This document shows, piece after piece, positions 39,001 through 52,100 of a stretch of 64,000 nt of DNA (positions are counted from its first letter, which is position 1; each line of letters opens with the position of its first letter). Made by a program: the position numbers and the translations under genes. Origin of the DNA: Klebsormidium nitens (taxonomy: Eukaryota; Plantae; Klebsormidiophyceae); contig DF237392.1 in NCBI GenBank assembly GCA_000708835.1, positions 1 to 64,000 of the forward strand, written 5' to 3'. Below the pieces are notes generated by a model. The model made no database searches. It was not told the DNA's origin and saw only the letters and a list, made by a program, of their open reading frames with translations.

Positions 39001-40841
39001 CCTGACTGGCTATGAATGCTGTGACTCTCTGAATCAAAGATGAGCTAGGCTGAGGAAGGTGCGCATGCAAGACTCATGACACCCTACAAGAAAAGTCAAT
39101 GCGCTGCAGAAATAGATCGAAGGACAGGAAAAAAAGTCGATGTATGTGCGCTGACCGGCAAATCTGACCTGGTCACAACAAGCAAACGCTTCTTTTTGAG
39201 ATGATGCGATCCCTCTCTCTAATATTTGAAATCTAGGTTCCCTGCATTCCCTTCTGAACCCTTCTCCTTCACCAAGTATGCATTCCCTGTTGTCTCTGAT
39301 ACCTTTTCTGTATTTTCTCGTGTGTATTAATTTCTCACCTCTAGTTCCTTGACTGCATTTCCTGCATTCCTCTCCGAGTAATACCCCACCCACACGATCA
39401 GGTTGAGCTCCACGATGAGAAGCGCAAAGCTGGTCCATCCTCTGCCCCCTTGAACTTCCACAGTCGCACTGATGATAGCCGCAATCAGAATGATGATCGA
39501 CACCCAGTCCAGGTAGCGCCACAGGATCTTCTTCCACTCCGGGGTCTGGTTTGTCTTAACCTCGTTGAAACCATGCTGGGCTCGGAGGGATTCGACCTCG
39601 TGGCTGCTCAGCCCGTTCAACGCCTGGGAAAACAGGATGGAACTGGTTTGGTTACATTGACCTTGTTCAAACCGTACTCCGTTCAAAAGACCCTGACCTT
39701 GTGCTGAGCAAGCTCAGCTTGGAAAAGAAGTAAGGTTAGAGCTCATTCTCTTGTGAGCGATGAAAGTTGGGGATGTGGGTTGCAATAGATCCATCTGTAC
39801 CTAAGGGGACAGAGAAGCAGGACCACAACGGAGCCCCCCTGATCGGTGCCATTCCACCTCAATGCATCTTTATTAGGAGCTCAAAAAACCCTGTCATGAT
39901 TGAGCGGCTCTGGTTTACCGGCAAACTATTTTAGATGAGAATCACAGAGCCTGTAAGCAGCAAGAAGTGCATGCATAGATTATCAAAAAGAGAGCACTCC
40001 GGTGAAAGGCTGCCATCAGGAAACTGTTTCCAAACTTTGCAAGCTTCTCAACAGAGTTGATCCTCAGGACTTCAATCCAATCAGAGCTGCCGCTTCAATG
40101 CCAAACTGTCAATGTGGCTGCCTTTAGGCTATGGAGCGCGGTTTAGAAGCCACTCAGCTCATTAGCTAGTAAGTGTCTTCTCAGAACAAGGATGTGGACA
40201 CTTTTTCACATGCGAATGCTGGCGATGGAGTTTTTCTGCTCTCTCTGATTGTTTGAAATGCAGCCAGTGCCTGCTTTTTGACAGTCCTGAACTCACTCTA
40301 CCAGACGCGTGGATGAGCTTCAGTCCATAATGACGTCACGGTCTGACGAAACGCGGTTGGTAGGTGTGCAGCCAAGAAGATCTCTTCAAGATTTCAGATC
40401 ACAGCTAGTCGACTTACATTATCAAAGAGGGCACATCTACCTCTTGAAGGATCATCAGGGACTGACATCACGCCCTCTCAACCCAACAAAAAAGCTCAGC
40501 AAAAGGCTGGGAATGGTGCAAGGGCGTCGCTTTCTGAGCATAGCATTGTGCAGGCCACACAAATGCGGTGGCCTTTGAGACAGACAGAAAGCAGAGGAAA
40601 AGCTCATTCAGTGTATCGGACCCCTTTGATTGCAGAGACAAAGCTTAGCTCAGCTACTCGGTAATTGGGGCTGCAGCATTTGATCTGATGGCAGTGTCGA
40701 CATACACGAGCAGCATGTGCAATTGTATAACCTTTTACCTATCAAATTTCAGATACCACACAAAGATCATAGTGGTCATGCACAACGCAAACATGAGGAG
40801 ACACCGGTCGCACTTACCTCATCAGGGTTTTGGTCAGCCAT
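27080..40841 (-). CDS. PMA: P3A-type plasma-membrane H+-ATPase (algal/non-pT type), ~16 exons
   Basis: Exons 39623-39339, 38552-38427, 38032-37946 ([12 protein letters not shown]), 37046-36918, 36543-36320 (VVPIGMP), 35693-35474 (SDKTGTLT, phosphorylation site), 34935-34816 (KGAPQ), 34407-34195 (LLDPPRTDS), 33040-32909 (KMVTGDQ), 32162-31959 ([13 protein letters not shown]), 31168-30953, 30295-30107, 29290-29065, 28534-28299 and 27454-27080 are all GT-AG and in phase. The first exon 40841-40818 (MADQNPDE|gtaagt) is tentative. Confidence 0.95.
32170..32400 (+). repeat. Telomere-like G-rich tracts (TTTTAGGG, TTTGGG-type) in an H+-ATPase intron
   Basis: ttttagggtcaaagtttaggggtttggggttt at ~32174 and gggttcgggtttgggtttgggtatgggtttgggtttgggtctgggttc at ~32333. 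A C-rich equivalent lies at 36250-36303. Confidence 0.6.
38571..38878 (+). repeat. Degenerate intronic repeat (gagagccac(c)ttgag, ~5 copies)
   Basis: The motif recurs at ~38576, 38626, 38766, 38811 and 38855 inside the H+-ATPase intron between exons 39339 and 38552. Confidence 0.65.
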
Positions 40842-43131
40842 GTCGCATCACCATGTACATCAATCTAGGATGCTTCTGAGGAGCTGCAGCGGATCAAAGT
40901 CGCCGCAGAATGGTGAGATCAACCTTCCCCTTTCCTAAAGCGGCCTTTGATCTCAAAGACGCTCGCGCAGATCGTGCATCTGGTTCTTACAGAGCACAAC
41001 AGAAGACAAGCAAGCTTTGAGTTTTGGGAAAGGCACATTGCAGACATGATCAAACCTCTGCTTCTGTGGCGGACGTGAGCGTGTTTTCTGTTGTCACAGA
41101 CTGCTGTCCACGTGTCTCAGAAGGAGCGAACAATTTTACCAAGATTCCTGCCATGAGGACATCGCGGCCATTGTAGGGCGGCGTCTCGGCTCTCGGCAAA
41201 CATCACTGTCAGAACAGCCATGCACAGCACTGTGCGGCACACCTAACATCATACCAACAGACTGACTCTGAGTGCTACCTTCCCTAGCTGCTGAAGGTAC
41301 GTACGCAGGCGTCGCTTCTCATCATGGATGTGGTCTTAACGAAGCTAGAGGACTCCCGTGTCGCCATGGAAAGGATACCTAGGTGTACCGCAGTGGATTC
41401 TGACAGCCTGGGTTTGATTCACCAGCGGGAACTCCCCCAAATCTGTTGATTGCCTTGCTGGCAAGCGGTGATTTGACGCGCTGGGTGCATTCATACCCCG
41501 GTGACGGTTTCAAGCAACCTATTCGTCAACCTAGACGTCAATTTTACAATATGACGAGCTTCGACCGTACGATAAAAACTATGGACGGACGATAGAGCGC
41601 GCTGAAGGTTTCCGCGTTCCGTCGGAAATGCCGGTTCGCCTTTGCGTCAGATGGCCGAACGCTTTAACCGTAACGGCCCCGCCGGCTTCTCGGCGAGCTT
41701 TGTTGAAAGTGTGTCGCTTTGAGTGCAGGTACACAAAGTGGACCGTTTCAAGCAACAGGGCAACCTCGGAGAGAAAGCGTTGTTGGGTCAAGTTTAAAGA
41801 CATCGATCGATATAAACTCAGCCACCTCGGTTTGCAGGGAGGAGGCAGGGAGCTGACCTGAGAGCTGACCACAACGGCATTGGCGTCTGGAGTCCCTCTG
41901 CAATATGAGTCAGCAAGCAGATGGACAATCATGAATACTAACAACACTCGGTTCATTTGGTAGTCCGCCAGCATGGACTGAGGGGCAAATATTATTAAAT
42001 GTGGGCTTGACCAATGATCGCGACTGCCTCATGTTGTCATGTGGAGTTATTTTCCAGTAAACCTTTGCAATGCCGACCAGCTAGAGGCTCTGGTGAAAGC
42101 TAGTACATGTTAGAGCTGACAAGTAGGGTCTGAGCACCTGATGAGCCGAACTCGCGGCTTGAGCAAAACATGTGAAGGGCATGTGAAATGACCACTGTTG
42201 GAGGCAGCCGCCCGACGTCACAACACTAAATGAATATAATCACAAAAGTAGTTTGTTGGCCGGGCTCATGGCCTCCCGCAATCTGAGTACAACAGAGATT
42301 ATATCAGGCACCATTTGCTGGCAGGCGCTGCGCACGCCACCGCCTAGGTCATTACATATGCAGCCATGAAAAGCAGCTCGTTGACATGACCAGTCCATTG
42401 TTTGGCTTCACCCAAGTACAGAAGAGGCAACTGATCAATGCTCAGCTGACGGGCTGGTCAGCTAGTGCTAAGCTGACCAGGCTTTTGATATTGATACAGC
42501 CAGCACGACTAGCTAGAGCAGCATCTAAAGGAATACATCAAGCTGCTGATCAAGCGGTCGCTTCCCAGGCCGGGTCGCAAAACTTGAAGCGAGACTTGAA
42601 CATGTACGAGGTGGCCTTGACGTTGAGCGAGGAAGGGATGCAAACAAATGCCAGATACGACACTGCTGTCTCACAGAAGCCTGGAGCTATCAGCAGACGG
42701 CGCAGCCATCCAACATGTCGAAGAGGCCACCTGCAAGTTCCTCTTCCCGAGAGTATATAACGTAGCCTCTCACAAGCCGTTCCTCTTTAGTGTCAGCCCA
42801 CGTGAAAATGAACGCACCCCTAACGCACCCAGCTTCTACGATACGAATCTACTTGCCAACTGTACATTCAATACAGACCTGGTTCGAATGTTTTCTATTT
42901 TTTGGTGTCTGCTTGACCAAGTGACCTCCAGCTGTCACACGAGCTGACAGGTCTGATGGACCGGTCCAAAGCACAATAGGAAGTTGACAAGTCCCTTCCG
43001 CCATGCCAGTTTCCTGCCCACCCATTCCGTCAACGTTCACCAAAACACACGCTAATCTTAGCACACTCCGTACACTCAAATCTCACGAACGACTGCCCAA
43101 CGACGTCGCAGCTCACGTTTCCTTTGCGCGG

Positions 43132-46100
43132 TCACTCCGATGCGGACCCTGCTTTTTTGTTCTGCTCGCTCGAAGTCGAAGCCGACGTTTTGAACGATGA
43201 TGACGACTCTTCCTGTTCCGAGGTTTGGTACTTCTCCTGAATGTCCTTCAAGGCCGCTTTACAAGCGCCCGCAGTGTCGTTCCTCTGCAAAAACGTTCGA
43301 CGAAATCAGGACCAACCGAGCTTTCCCGACCTAGACTATTAAGGGCTTGTTCGTGAACTGACCCTCGTAGCTTAAATACCTGTGCATGCTGCATGGTCTG
43401 CTGCAGCGTCTTTGTGCTCCTGTGAAAGGCTGTCACCATTTACAGACGAAGGATGTCGACCCCAGACCCACAGATCTACGGTCCAGATCCGAAGATCCAA
43501 GAAGCTGAAGCACAGAGCATGTTTTGTATCCCATGCTGTCTTTCTCCATGATATCGACAGGCTTGAGATTCTTGCCAGCTGTGCCAGCTTATGTCCTGTG
43601 GCCAGAACCAAGGTCTGAATCCGTACCTTGATCTTCTCCCTTGCCACGACCAGACCCGTCAAAAGTTCGAGTCGCGCGCTGGGGTCCCTGACAGTCCGCG
43701 TGACCGCTGCCTCGGCCTGGCTGATGAGCTCCTTCATTCGTTTCCCCCTGCACAGAATTGACGGCTTGTGTTTCCAGCCATGCGTGTCATGGAAGATTCA
43801 ACCGGTAAAGGAGAGACCGGGCCAAGAAAAGCAATCTTCGAACGGAGTCGGATTCTGTACTGACAATTGCACGTCCGCACCGCCCCTTCCGTTTTTGACG
43901 CCCCTTCCTCTTGCCTGAGCCTCTGAGCGGTTTGTCTAAATGGGTGTACAAGAAAGCGGATGGGAGAACGGCTTCCCCTTCCGGACTGCATTGGAAGTTC
44001 AAACTGAGCAGAAAAGTTGGCTGGATGTTCAACAAAATCTCGCGCGACGAGCAATTTATCTTGCAAGGCTCTTTCCTTTTGGCCACTCACTGCTTGTATG
44101 TCAGGTCGATGGCCTCTTCGACTATATCCATCCAGCACTCGTCGCTCTCGCCGTCGGACGGGGCGACTTTTCGCATCTTGGCTTTCCCCGCATCAGAGTC
44201 GGGGTTTGCATCAGGGGAGGAGCGCACTGCCCGCTTTCCGGGACGGCAGACTCCCAGATTGTACGAAGGGCCGGCTGAGGTTCGCTGAGTCGAAGGGCCC
44301 GCTTCAGTCGGCTTTGGCGGCATCTGTGGGGAACGATCGAGGACGTTTGCAAAGGTTTGTAACGGCTTAAAAGTAGCTTCGATGATCACTCCTTCCAACG
44401 GCACTAGCTTCCGGGCTTACTCCTTCTAGCGGAACAAAAATGGAACTTGCATACTGGATGAACCTCCCTAATCTGGCAAACAACCCTTCTTGAGACCGCA
44501 GCTCTTCTTGGGTGAAGAGCTAGCTCAGAATTTCGCTTGCAGGGCTGACAACGAGAGGCGTATTTGTCAGGGAATTTAGGCGGATTCAGTCTAGGAAAGC
44601 TATTCGAGGACCGCTTCCTTTCCCAAGCAGCTTGCACAACAGCTGCGGTGAAGAAAAACGCCCTTCTGCAATTGAAGCAATGATCCGACTGCTCCCCAGT
44701 GGCAAGCAACGTATGACATTTCAACCCGACGCTAGAGCTGCAATCAGACGGTCTCACCTCGTCGCCCTTGTCCGATTCCGTCTCCGAATCCATTGGGAAA
44801 TTTGTTGCTGGGCGACGGCCAGGTGACTTGGAAGGCTCAGCCGAGCCATTGGCTTTGTTCGCCTTGGTCGCCGTGACGCGCTCGTCTGCTGCTGCCGCTC
44901 TTTGCCCGTCCATTGCTGGAGACACCTCTCGCTTTTCCGACGGGCCTTCCTCAGACCTAGGTGGCGGGGCATTCCTCTTCGGCTGACCTTCCTTGTCAAT
45001 CTTGAGCTGCAAAAGGTTTAAAACGGCTTGCTCCGTAAGTTCAGTAGAGTATTAGCGCGTCTGTCACTCTCTCAAGGGGGTCTCTCCCTTCGTTTGTCTT
45101 CTGTTTACTGTACTGCACCATGAGAAATTTGGTCAAAGACATGGCGCAAACGGTCGTGGGAATCTGCTTCTTCCTTTAGAGCCTGTCGAGCAAGCCAACG
45201 AAAATACGAAGGAAACGCACTGACCAGACGCAGATAGTATCACGCAAACGCTGGCGAGTACTTCTCAGGAGCTTCCAAGAGCATCACCAGCTAACGCACC
45301 TTGACAAACGTTTTTAGGAAGCGATCAGGAGAAGTTACACAAGCCGATCATGCGACGGTCTGCAACGCGCGAATCAACCAGTATCGCGGCAAGCAACTTC
45401 AAGATCTGCCGCTAAAGAATAGCACGGCTCTATCATGCACCTCGATCTGCTCGTCCGTCTGCTGACCCTGGCGGAACCCCCTTTGGAGGCGCATAACCAG
45501 ACGCTGCATGCAATCAGAGAAACGTGAGTTATTCTATGAAAAATTGACTTTGGACGGAACCCACTGAGTCGGCAAGACATCCAGAAAGAGATACCTCTTG
45601 AATCCAGTGCAAGTGGGAAGATCTTAGGGAATAATGCGGAGCTGCTGAACTTCAGGTTGAATCCGCTGCTGGAATCTTGTGAACTCTAGATTGAAACATT
45701 ATAGAAAACGACATAGTTTCGAAGGCCCCGGATGAAAGAGACTCGGCGTCAGACCCTTTGAACATTTCCGGGAGAGGAGCTTAATGAGCTAGCACGCACC
45801 ATCGGGCCTGCATAGTCCCTTGCGGCCGCCGGCCCCTTCTCCATCTCGGCCGGCAGCCGCAGGATAAACCGCGCCGTGATCAGGTCCCCGTAGATCAGTT
45901 CCTGCAACTCGCTCGCCGGCTTGCGACCCGAGCAGTGCGGATACTCCGGGTTGGGAACAATCGCCATCACCGTCTTGCCGTCCAAAATCCTCGCCACGAC
46001 CCTCACGTGGCCCCTCTGGCTGTGGACCTCCCCGACGAACGGGCAGAGGTTCGCTTCGATCAGAAGCTTTGGGCCCGCCCCTAGTTGCACGAGCTCCTTC

Positions 46101-49100
46101 CGGCCGAGGTACGAGCGCTCTTCCGGCGTCAGGGCGCGCTTCCGCAGGCTCTCGGTGATCGCGCTGCGGATCTCGTCCACGTATTTGTCCTTCGGCTGGC
46201 CCTTCTTCGACGGCGCTATGCGGTTCTCGTGGTCGAGCATGTAGCTAAGAAACAAAAGGTTAAAAGGTCAGTGCGGACTGAATGTATTACTGGCGCAAGC
46301 AAAACCTTTGCTTCGTTGCAGACTGGTTTGAACGGTTGTAAAAATATAGGACCACCTCCCGTGGTCGCTGGGAAGAGGGGCGACAAAGGGTTCAAGTTGA
46401 TGCGGTCTTGCCTCACAGCGATGATGTCAGCGCAAGATGAAGCTTAACGTCATCGCAGAGACGACTGAACGATCCCGGGAAGATCCGGAGTAGAGCGCCA
46501 TGGAAGCTGAACGGTCCTGATTCCAAAATCGAAAATGGTTATACGGGCCTGGGCAGAGCGACATGAACGGACAAAACAGCAGATGAAGTCGTAAGGTTCA
46601 GAAGGGCTTGATGCCCATTGTATGTCAATTTTAGCTTTGCAATCTCTTTATCGAAAGCATCTACGAGTTGGTCGAAACACCCGCCCCTGCGCAGCCATTA
46701 TAAGTGACTCACTACTTCCGTCAGAGGATGACTTTTTATGCACTTTGAAGGCGGGGTAAGGAAGGTTTAAAGGAATTTTCAAGCTTCAAGGAACGACTGT
46801 CACTCTCGCCGTTTTGAGGAGTCCAAAAACCGGATTGAAAGCAGATTTGAGCAGTCACGTTTTTGTGGTACGTCCAGGCTGCTAACTGGTATACAGTCAA
46901 CCTGAGCGAGTCAGGAAAATGTTCCCCCTTACAGAGGGATTAATTGTGCGGCGAAGGTTACCGAAGTAGGCGCAAAACGAGGTTTCTGCCCTGAACCGGC
47001 AGCTCACCTCTCAAACTCGTCGAGGTTGAGTGGGTTCCGCGTGTTGGCGAATAGCACTTTGACGGGAAGGAAGACGACCCGATTCGCCACCCTGATGAGC
47101 TTCATCACGTCCTCGAGGCTCTGGCCCTTGGGCACGTACTCTTTGGCGATGCTCGCGAGGAGCTCCCTCCGCGCCGTTTCGACCGCCTCGGGGTCCAGCA
47201 AGTCCACCTCGCCCAGTGGAAAATCTCGGTCGACCGCGCTGAACCCCCCAAGCCTGGCACAAGAATTCAGGAGGAATTTTGTTAGCTTGGGCAGTAAGCT
47301 TAGCACACGTGTGCGTCTGCTGATGTCTGCAAACACGCAGTAGTCCGGCAGCCTTGTAAGGTCTGAAATACCGTGGAGCACTGCGTGGGACCTCTCAAAA
47401 CTCGAATTCATTCGACTGAGCTCCGCACCTCGCTTGTACTTTTGAGAGAAAGCGCAGCCATTCTTGAAGGGCGCAAGAATGACCGACAATCTGGTATCCT
47501 TGGTCACATTTGGAATGCCCCATGAATGCTGCTTTAAGCTCACATGAGTACTAGTCTTGGGCCTGACTCTAATCCAAAAATGGCCCTCAGACATTGGATT
47601 GCGGAAACGTGGCGATACAACAGCCGGAGCAATGATTACGTAGCCGGCTCAAAATGGAAATTGATCACCAATTCAAGAGAATTTCGCAAGCTCACTTGCC
47701 GACCATCTCCGATCGGAACTGACGGACGAGGATCCCGTCCTTGCAGACGGCCGTGTGGCCGGCGAACACGCCCTCGTTGATGTCCCGCCGGGAGACCTTC
47801 AGCTTCTGGCTGTGCTTCATCACCAGCGCGGCGAGCTCGTGCTTGAACTGCTCGTTGTGGATGATGTCCTGGTCCACCGGCGCGCCGCGCGCGGCCGCGA
47901 TGCGCTGCCAAACCCGCCTGTGAAAGATCTTATTAGTTTTTGAACTTCAAACCGTTGGTTCTCAGCCGGCACGGAGCGCGCGGCCACAAAGCACTAGCTT
48001 TATTGCTTTAGACGAGATTCCAGATTAAATCTTAGAGAAAATGAACCCCGAATCGAGTCTGCGGCAATGGGCTTGCGCTTGAAATGATCCACCGGCGCCC
48101 ATAAGCGGCCGCGATAAGCTGCCATAACCGCTTGTAAGAAACGGAAACTTAGCAGAACAGAAAGAGCCAGCTGTTCGAGTCGCATGCGCTGCCGCGCGCC
48201 GCGCACGCCCTCCTGTACGACAAGCGTTAGCTCTCTCGAGCATTTTCGCCTCGAAAACGGATATTTACTGCTCAAGATCGGGCAAGTGTCGCGTTTGCGC
48301 GTGCTGTTGACAGGCCCGAGAAACGGAATTTTGGAAGTATAACTCAGTCTTCCAGGATTGAACACGATAGGAAACTGCCGACCTGCTACAACAGATCCTG
48401 CTTTCTGAGCTCCCCAGCTCAGACGGTTCAGAGATTAAGCAGCTAGCATGACAGCGTGATCCTCCTTTGCAGTCGCTATGGGATTCAAATCCTACATCAT
48501 CCTTGACAAGCTCGGACGCCTTGGAGACCACGAGTGCCTTGGACACTTTCCCGGTTGGAATACACAGTCCATTTATCATTCTGAAGACATGAATATCACC
48601 AAGAAAAAGAAAAGAAAAAAGTGGAAACCTGGACTCTCAGCAATGCCTAGGAGCACTCTTCGTAGTACGAATGTATCTTACTTGTAAAGCGTTTGACACG
48701 CCTGGAGAAGGACATGTACCGACTCGGGCAGGTACAGCTTCGGCAGGCGCTTGATCCCGGGCCCGTACTGGGTCGTGCAGATGCGCCCCAGCCTCTGCAG
48801 CAGCATCTCCGCGTTGGAAGCCTCGTGCTTCATGCTGATGTAGAAGTACGCGTGCGTCAGGTGAGCGCAGTGGTAGATCGTCTTGTAGGCGTTTGCGCGG
48901 TTTGCTTTCGTGCCAGCAACGGTCCTGCGGAGCAGAAACCAGGTTGTAAGGATTCCTGGAACAGACATGATGAATCGAAAAGGAAGAATATAAAGATTGG
49001 GTGCGGCGGCTCCAGACATACATAAGGAGACCTACAAATGCGGAACTGGGTTACGGTATTGAGAATTATAAGGGTCATAGAAAGATTGTCAGAGCTTGAA

Positions 49101-52100
49101 GAAATTCATTATTCAGAAGGAACCGCCTTTAAAGAAACAATCCATCTGGTGAAGTAGCTTCGACACAGCTCTGAAAAGGCCTTGGAGATCTTGTGAGCAC
49201 TTACATCATAATCAGACCTTTGACACCTCTCTTCCAGAGAGTCGGGCTCCACATAAGTTCCCACTCCAGTTGCAGAGCGTAGCAGCGGAGATCAGCTTGA
49301 AGATGACCCTGCATAGGCGACAGTAGCTTTGTAGAGAACTCTTGCACTGTCTTAATCACGGGGAGAATCTGTGTCAGCTCTGCGGACTTCGCCAAAATTG
49401 ACTTAAGCAAGAGCATCGATATCTCATAGTTCTAGATGTACCCTCCCGCTTGATGATTTCGAAGGCTGCTGAATCGGGCCACCGATGAGAGCTTTGAAAT
49501 TCCTCCCCAAAACCTCCGCAATGAGCTCTTCATTGTTTCGACCTGCAAGCTGTCGACTCACCGGAAAAAGTAGCTCGTTCGGGTGGATGGCGAGGTGCTC
49601 TAGCTGCTTCCCTCTGATGGCGCCATTGTTCGTGAGAAGCCAGCGCTGAAGCTGTTCGGGCAACGTGCGGAACAGAGCGTCCGTCCAGACCGTCTCCTGC
49701 GAGGTCAGGTCTAGTTGCCCCTGTTCGTTTAGCCCGGGTAGCACGAAGAGGCTGGGGATGCCGGCCTTTACCAGAGTTTCCGGAAAGACGTACGTCATGG
49801 CCGTCTTGCCCGCTTCTCGCTTCCCGTTGTTGTCGATCAGGGCAATCGCGGGGACTCCCTCGCGCTCGAAGTGGTCGAGACACTCGTAAGCCACCTGGAG
49901 AGGGTAAGGAGGGCTGCATCAAAGCTTCGGCCCACGTTCCAGGCGCAAGCATGAGAAGATACGTCAATTTTCCAAGGCAAACAGACTTAAAATGTCCTTT
50001 TTCCGAAAGCAGAAGTAGCTTTTGTGTGGCCTACTGAATGAAGGACTACACTTCCAGAACCCCGTATCCGGCGCACACACACGCGCGCGAATAGTAGGAC
50101 TTTACAGCAAGACGCTTGAATGTAGAATTTTCTTTTTCGACCAACTAATGTAACAGTCACACAGTGCTGACTCTTTGAAACAAAGGTGACCAGAGAATGA
50201 AAGCGGATCCTGTATACACTCACATATTACGTACTTTTGAAACATCTACCAGATTGTCAGTGAGTATCTTCCAGTGATCTGGATACGAATCGATACGAAC
50301 GCTGATCGCCGAGCCCCACAGAGGTTAGATCTCATTTCAGCGAGACGATCCAACGGAAATAAGCGCACCTGCATATGATCGCCGTGGCGCACGCTATTCA
50401 CCACCAAACCGTGCACGTGGGAGTTAGGCGGCTGCTCCTGCGCCGCCTGGATCGCCCTGTAGTCCGTCACCATGTCTGCGATCATGCGCTTTACCGCAGG
50501 GTGTTTCTCCAGCTGAAATTTCGGTTTCGTGTTTTCGGTGACGGCAAATCTGGCGTCCACGACGAGTTCGACTTCGTGGTACTGGACCGTGGCGGGATCC
50601 GCCAGGTAGGGGAGGCCGTAGTACGTGCCGGTCTCGGGGGCCAGGAGGACCACTCGGAGAGGGCGTTCGAGGGCTGTCTGCAATGGACTGCGCATGAATG
50701 AGCTCCGATCCGATTCCGTGACGCAGGCAGGGGTCAAGAAAGTGCTACTGAAACTCTCCCTTGACTGAAAGGAGGACGTAGCGCCACATTTTGGGGAGCT
50801 ATTCTTAAGCGAGGATTTTTTGCTGCTACCATGCCGCGGCTCTTGCTCAATCTCTAGATCTATGAAGGCTTTTAACCAGTCCAGGTGAGGAACCACATGA
50901 CAGTCGTCAGCATACCGAGATTAATGTACTCAACGATGCCCCAAGGGGCTTTCTGACCCTCCGTCAGAAAAGAGTACAAACTAAATGCAGCTAAGTGGTC
51001 AAAGCCTGAAGGCATTCTTACGGTACGGAGCGTTGGAAGAATTCGAACCGATAGAAATTGGAGAAGGCTAAGCATGTTGGGACCATTCAAGCTTGAACGA
51101 TCCGTTCCGGACGAAGATTCTTTGAGGTTGCGGCTCAAAATATCACCTGGAGCCCGAGCAGGGCGAACGGAGTCGCGGTGATCCCGGCGACCGCCGCCAC
51201 GCTCTCCACCAGGGGCCGCGCGCCGTCCCGGGTCCCGCGGAAGACGCCCCGGTCGAGCGCCCCGATCATCACGCGGCCGCCTTTCTGCAGGCAGAACGAC
51301 TGCCGGCAGAGGTCCCACTCGTCGAACGTGACGGAGATGGGGTACAGAAGCTTCCCCGTTTCCTGGCTGGTTGCGCGCATCAGCTGGCGGCTCTCCAGCA
51401 GGGGGGCCATCATGGCCTCAACCAAGCCCCCCTCGAAGTCGACGGTTTTTGCGACCATGTCAGCCCGGGCGCTTCGCACGACGACTTGCTGCAGGCACAG
51501 CGGGTCGTACTCGCGGTCCTCTGGAAGGTCGCGGAGCTGCAAAAGAATCGTGTACGAGTCCAATTGGTAGTTTTGAACGATAATTGGGGCTGATAAGTTT
51601 GCACGTTCTCGCCATATTGATAGATTCGAAGACACAGCAAGCAGAATAAAATGTACAGGGGCCTTGCCTTATATCTCTCCAGGGAGGACTCGACATGCTT
51701 CCTCTCTCTTATGTGGCTGTCTGAAGGCTGTCTGAGGGCTACTCCAAATTGGACAGGCAAAAAAGCTTCCCTTTCTCAGATCTCTCAGAAAGCCTTATAA
51801 AGAAAGAGATGGCAAGATTGCATCGACAAGCGAGTATCGTCAGAAGCATGTAACAGCGCATCGATTCCCTAGCTCAAACAGTCTGAAAGAACGCTGATCG
51901 AGATCCTAAGGTTTCACTTACCATCGGTATCACGTGCAGATTCCTGACGGGTATTGCCTCAAATATCGAGGTCGATGCGGGAGTCAAGGTGAGACCCAGG
52001 CCAGGTGCGGTCAAGAGCGCTCTGACGTCTTTGTTGACGTCCTCGAGCGCCGTCCAGATATTGTACCGGCTCTGAATGATGTTCCTGGCCATCGTGTAGT

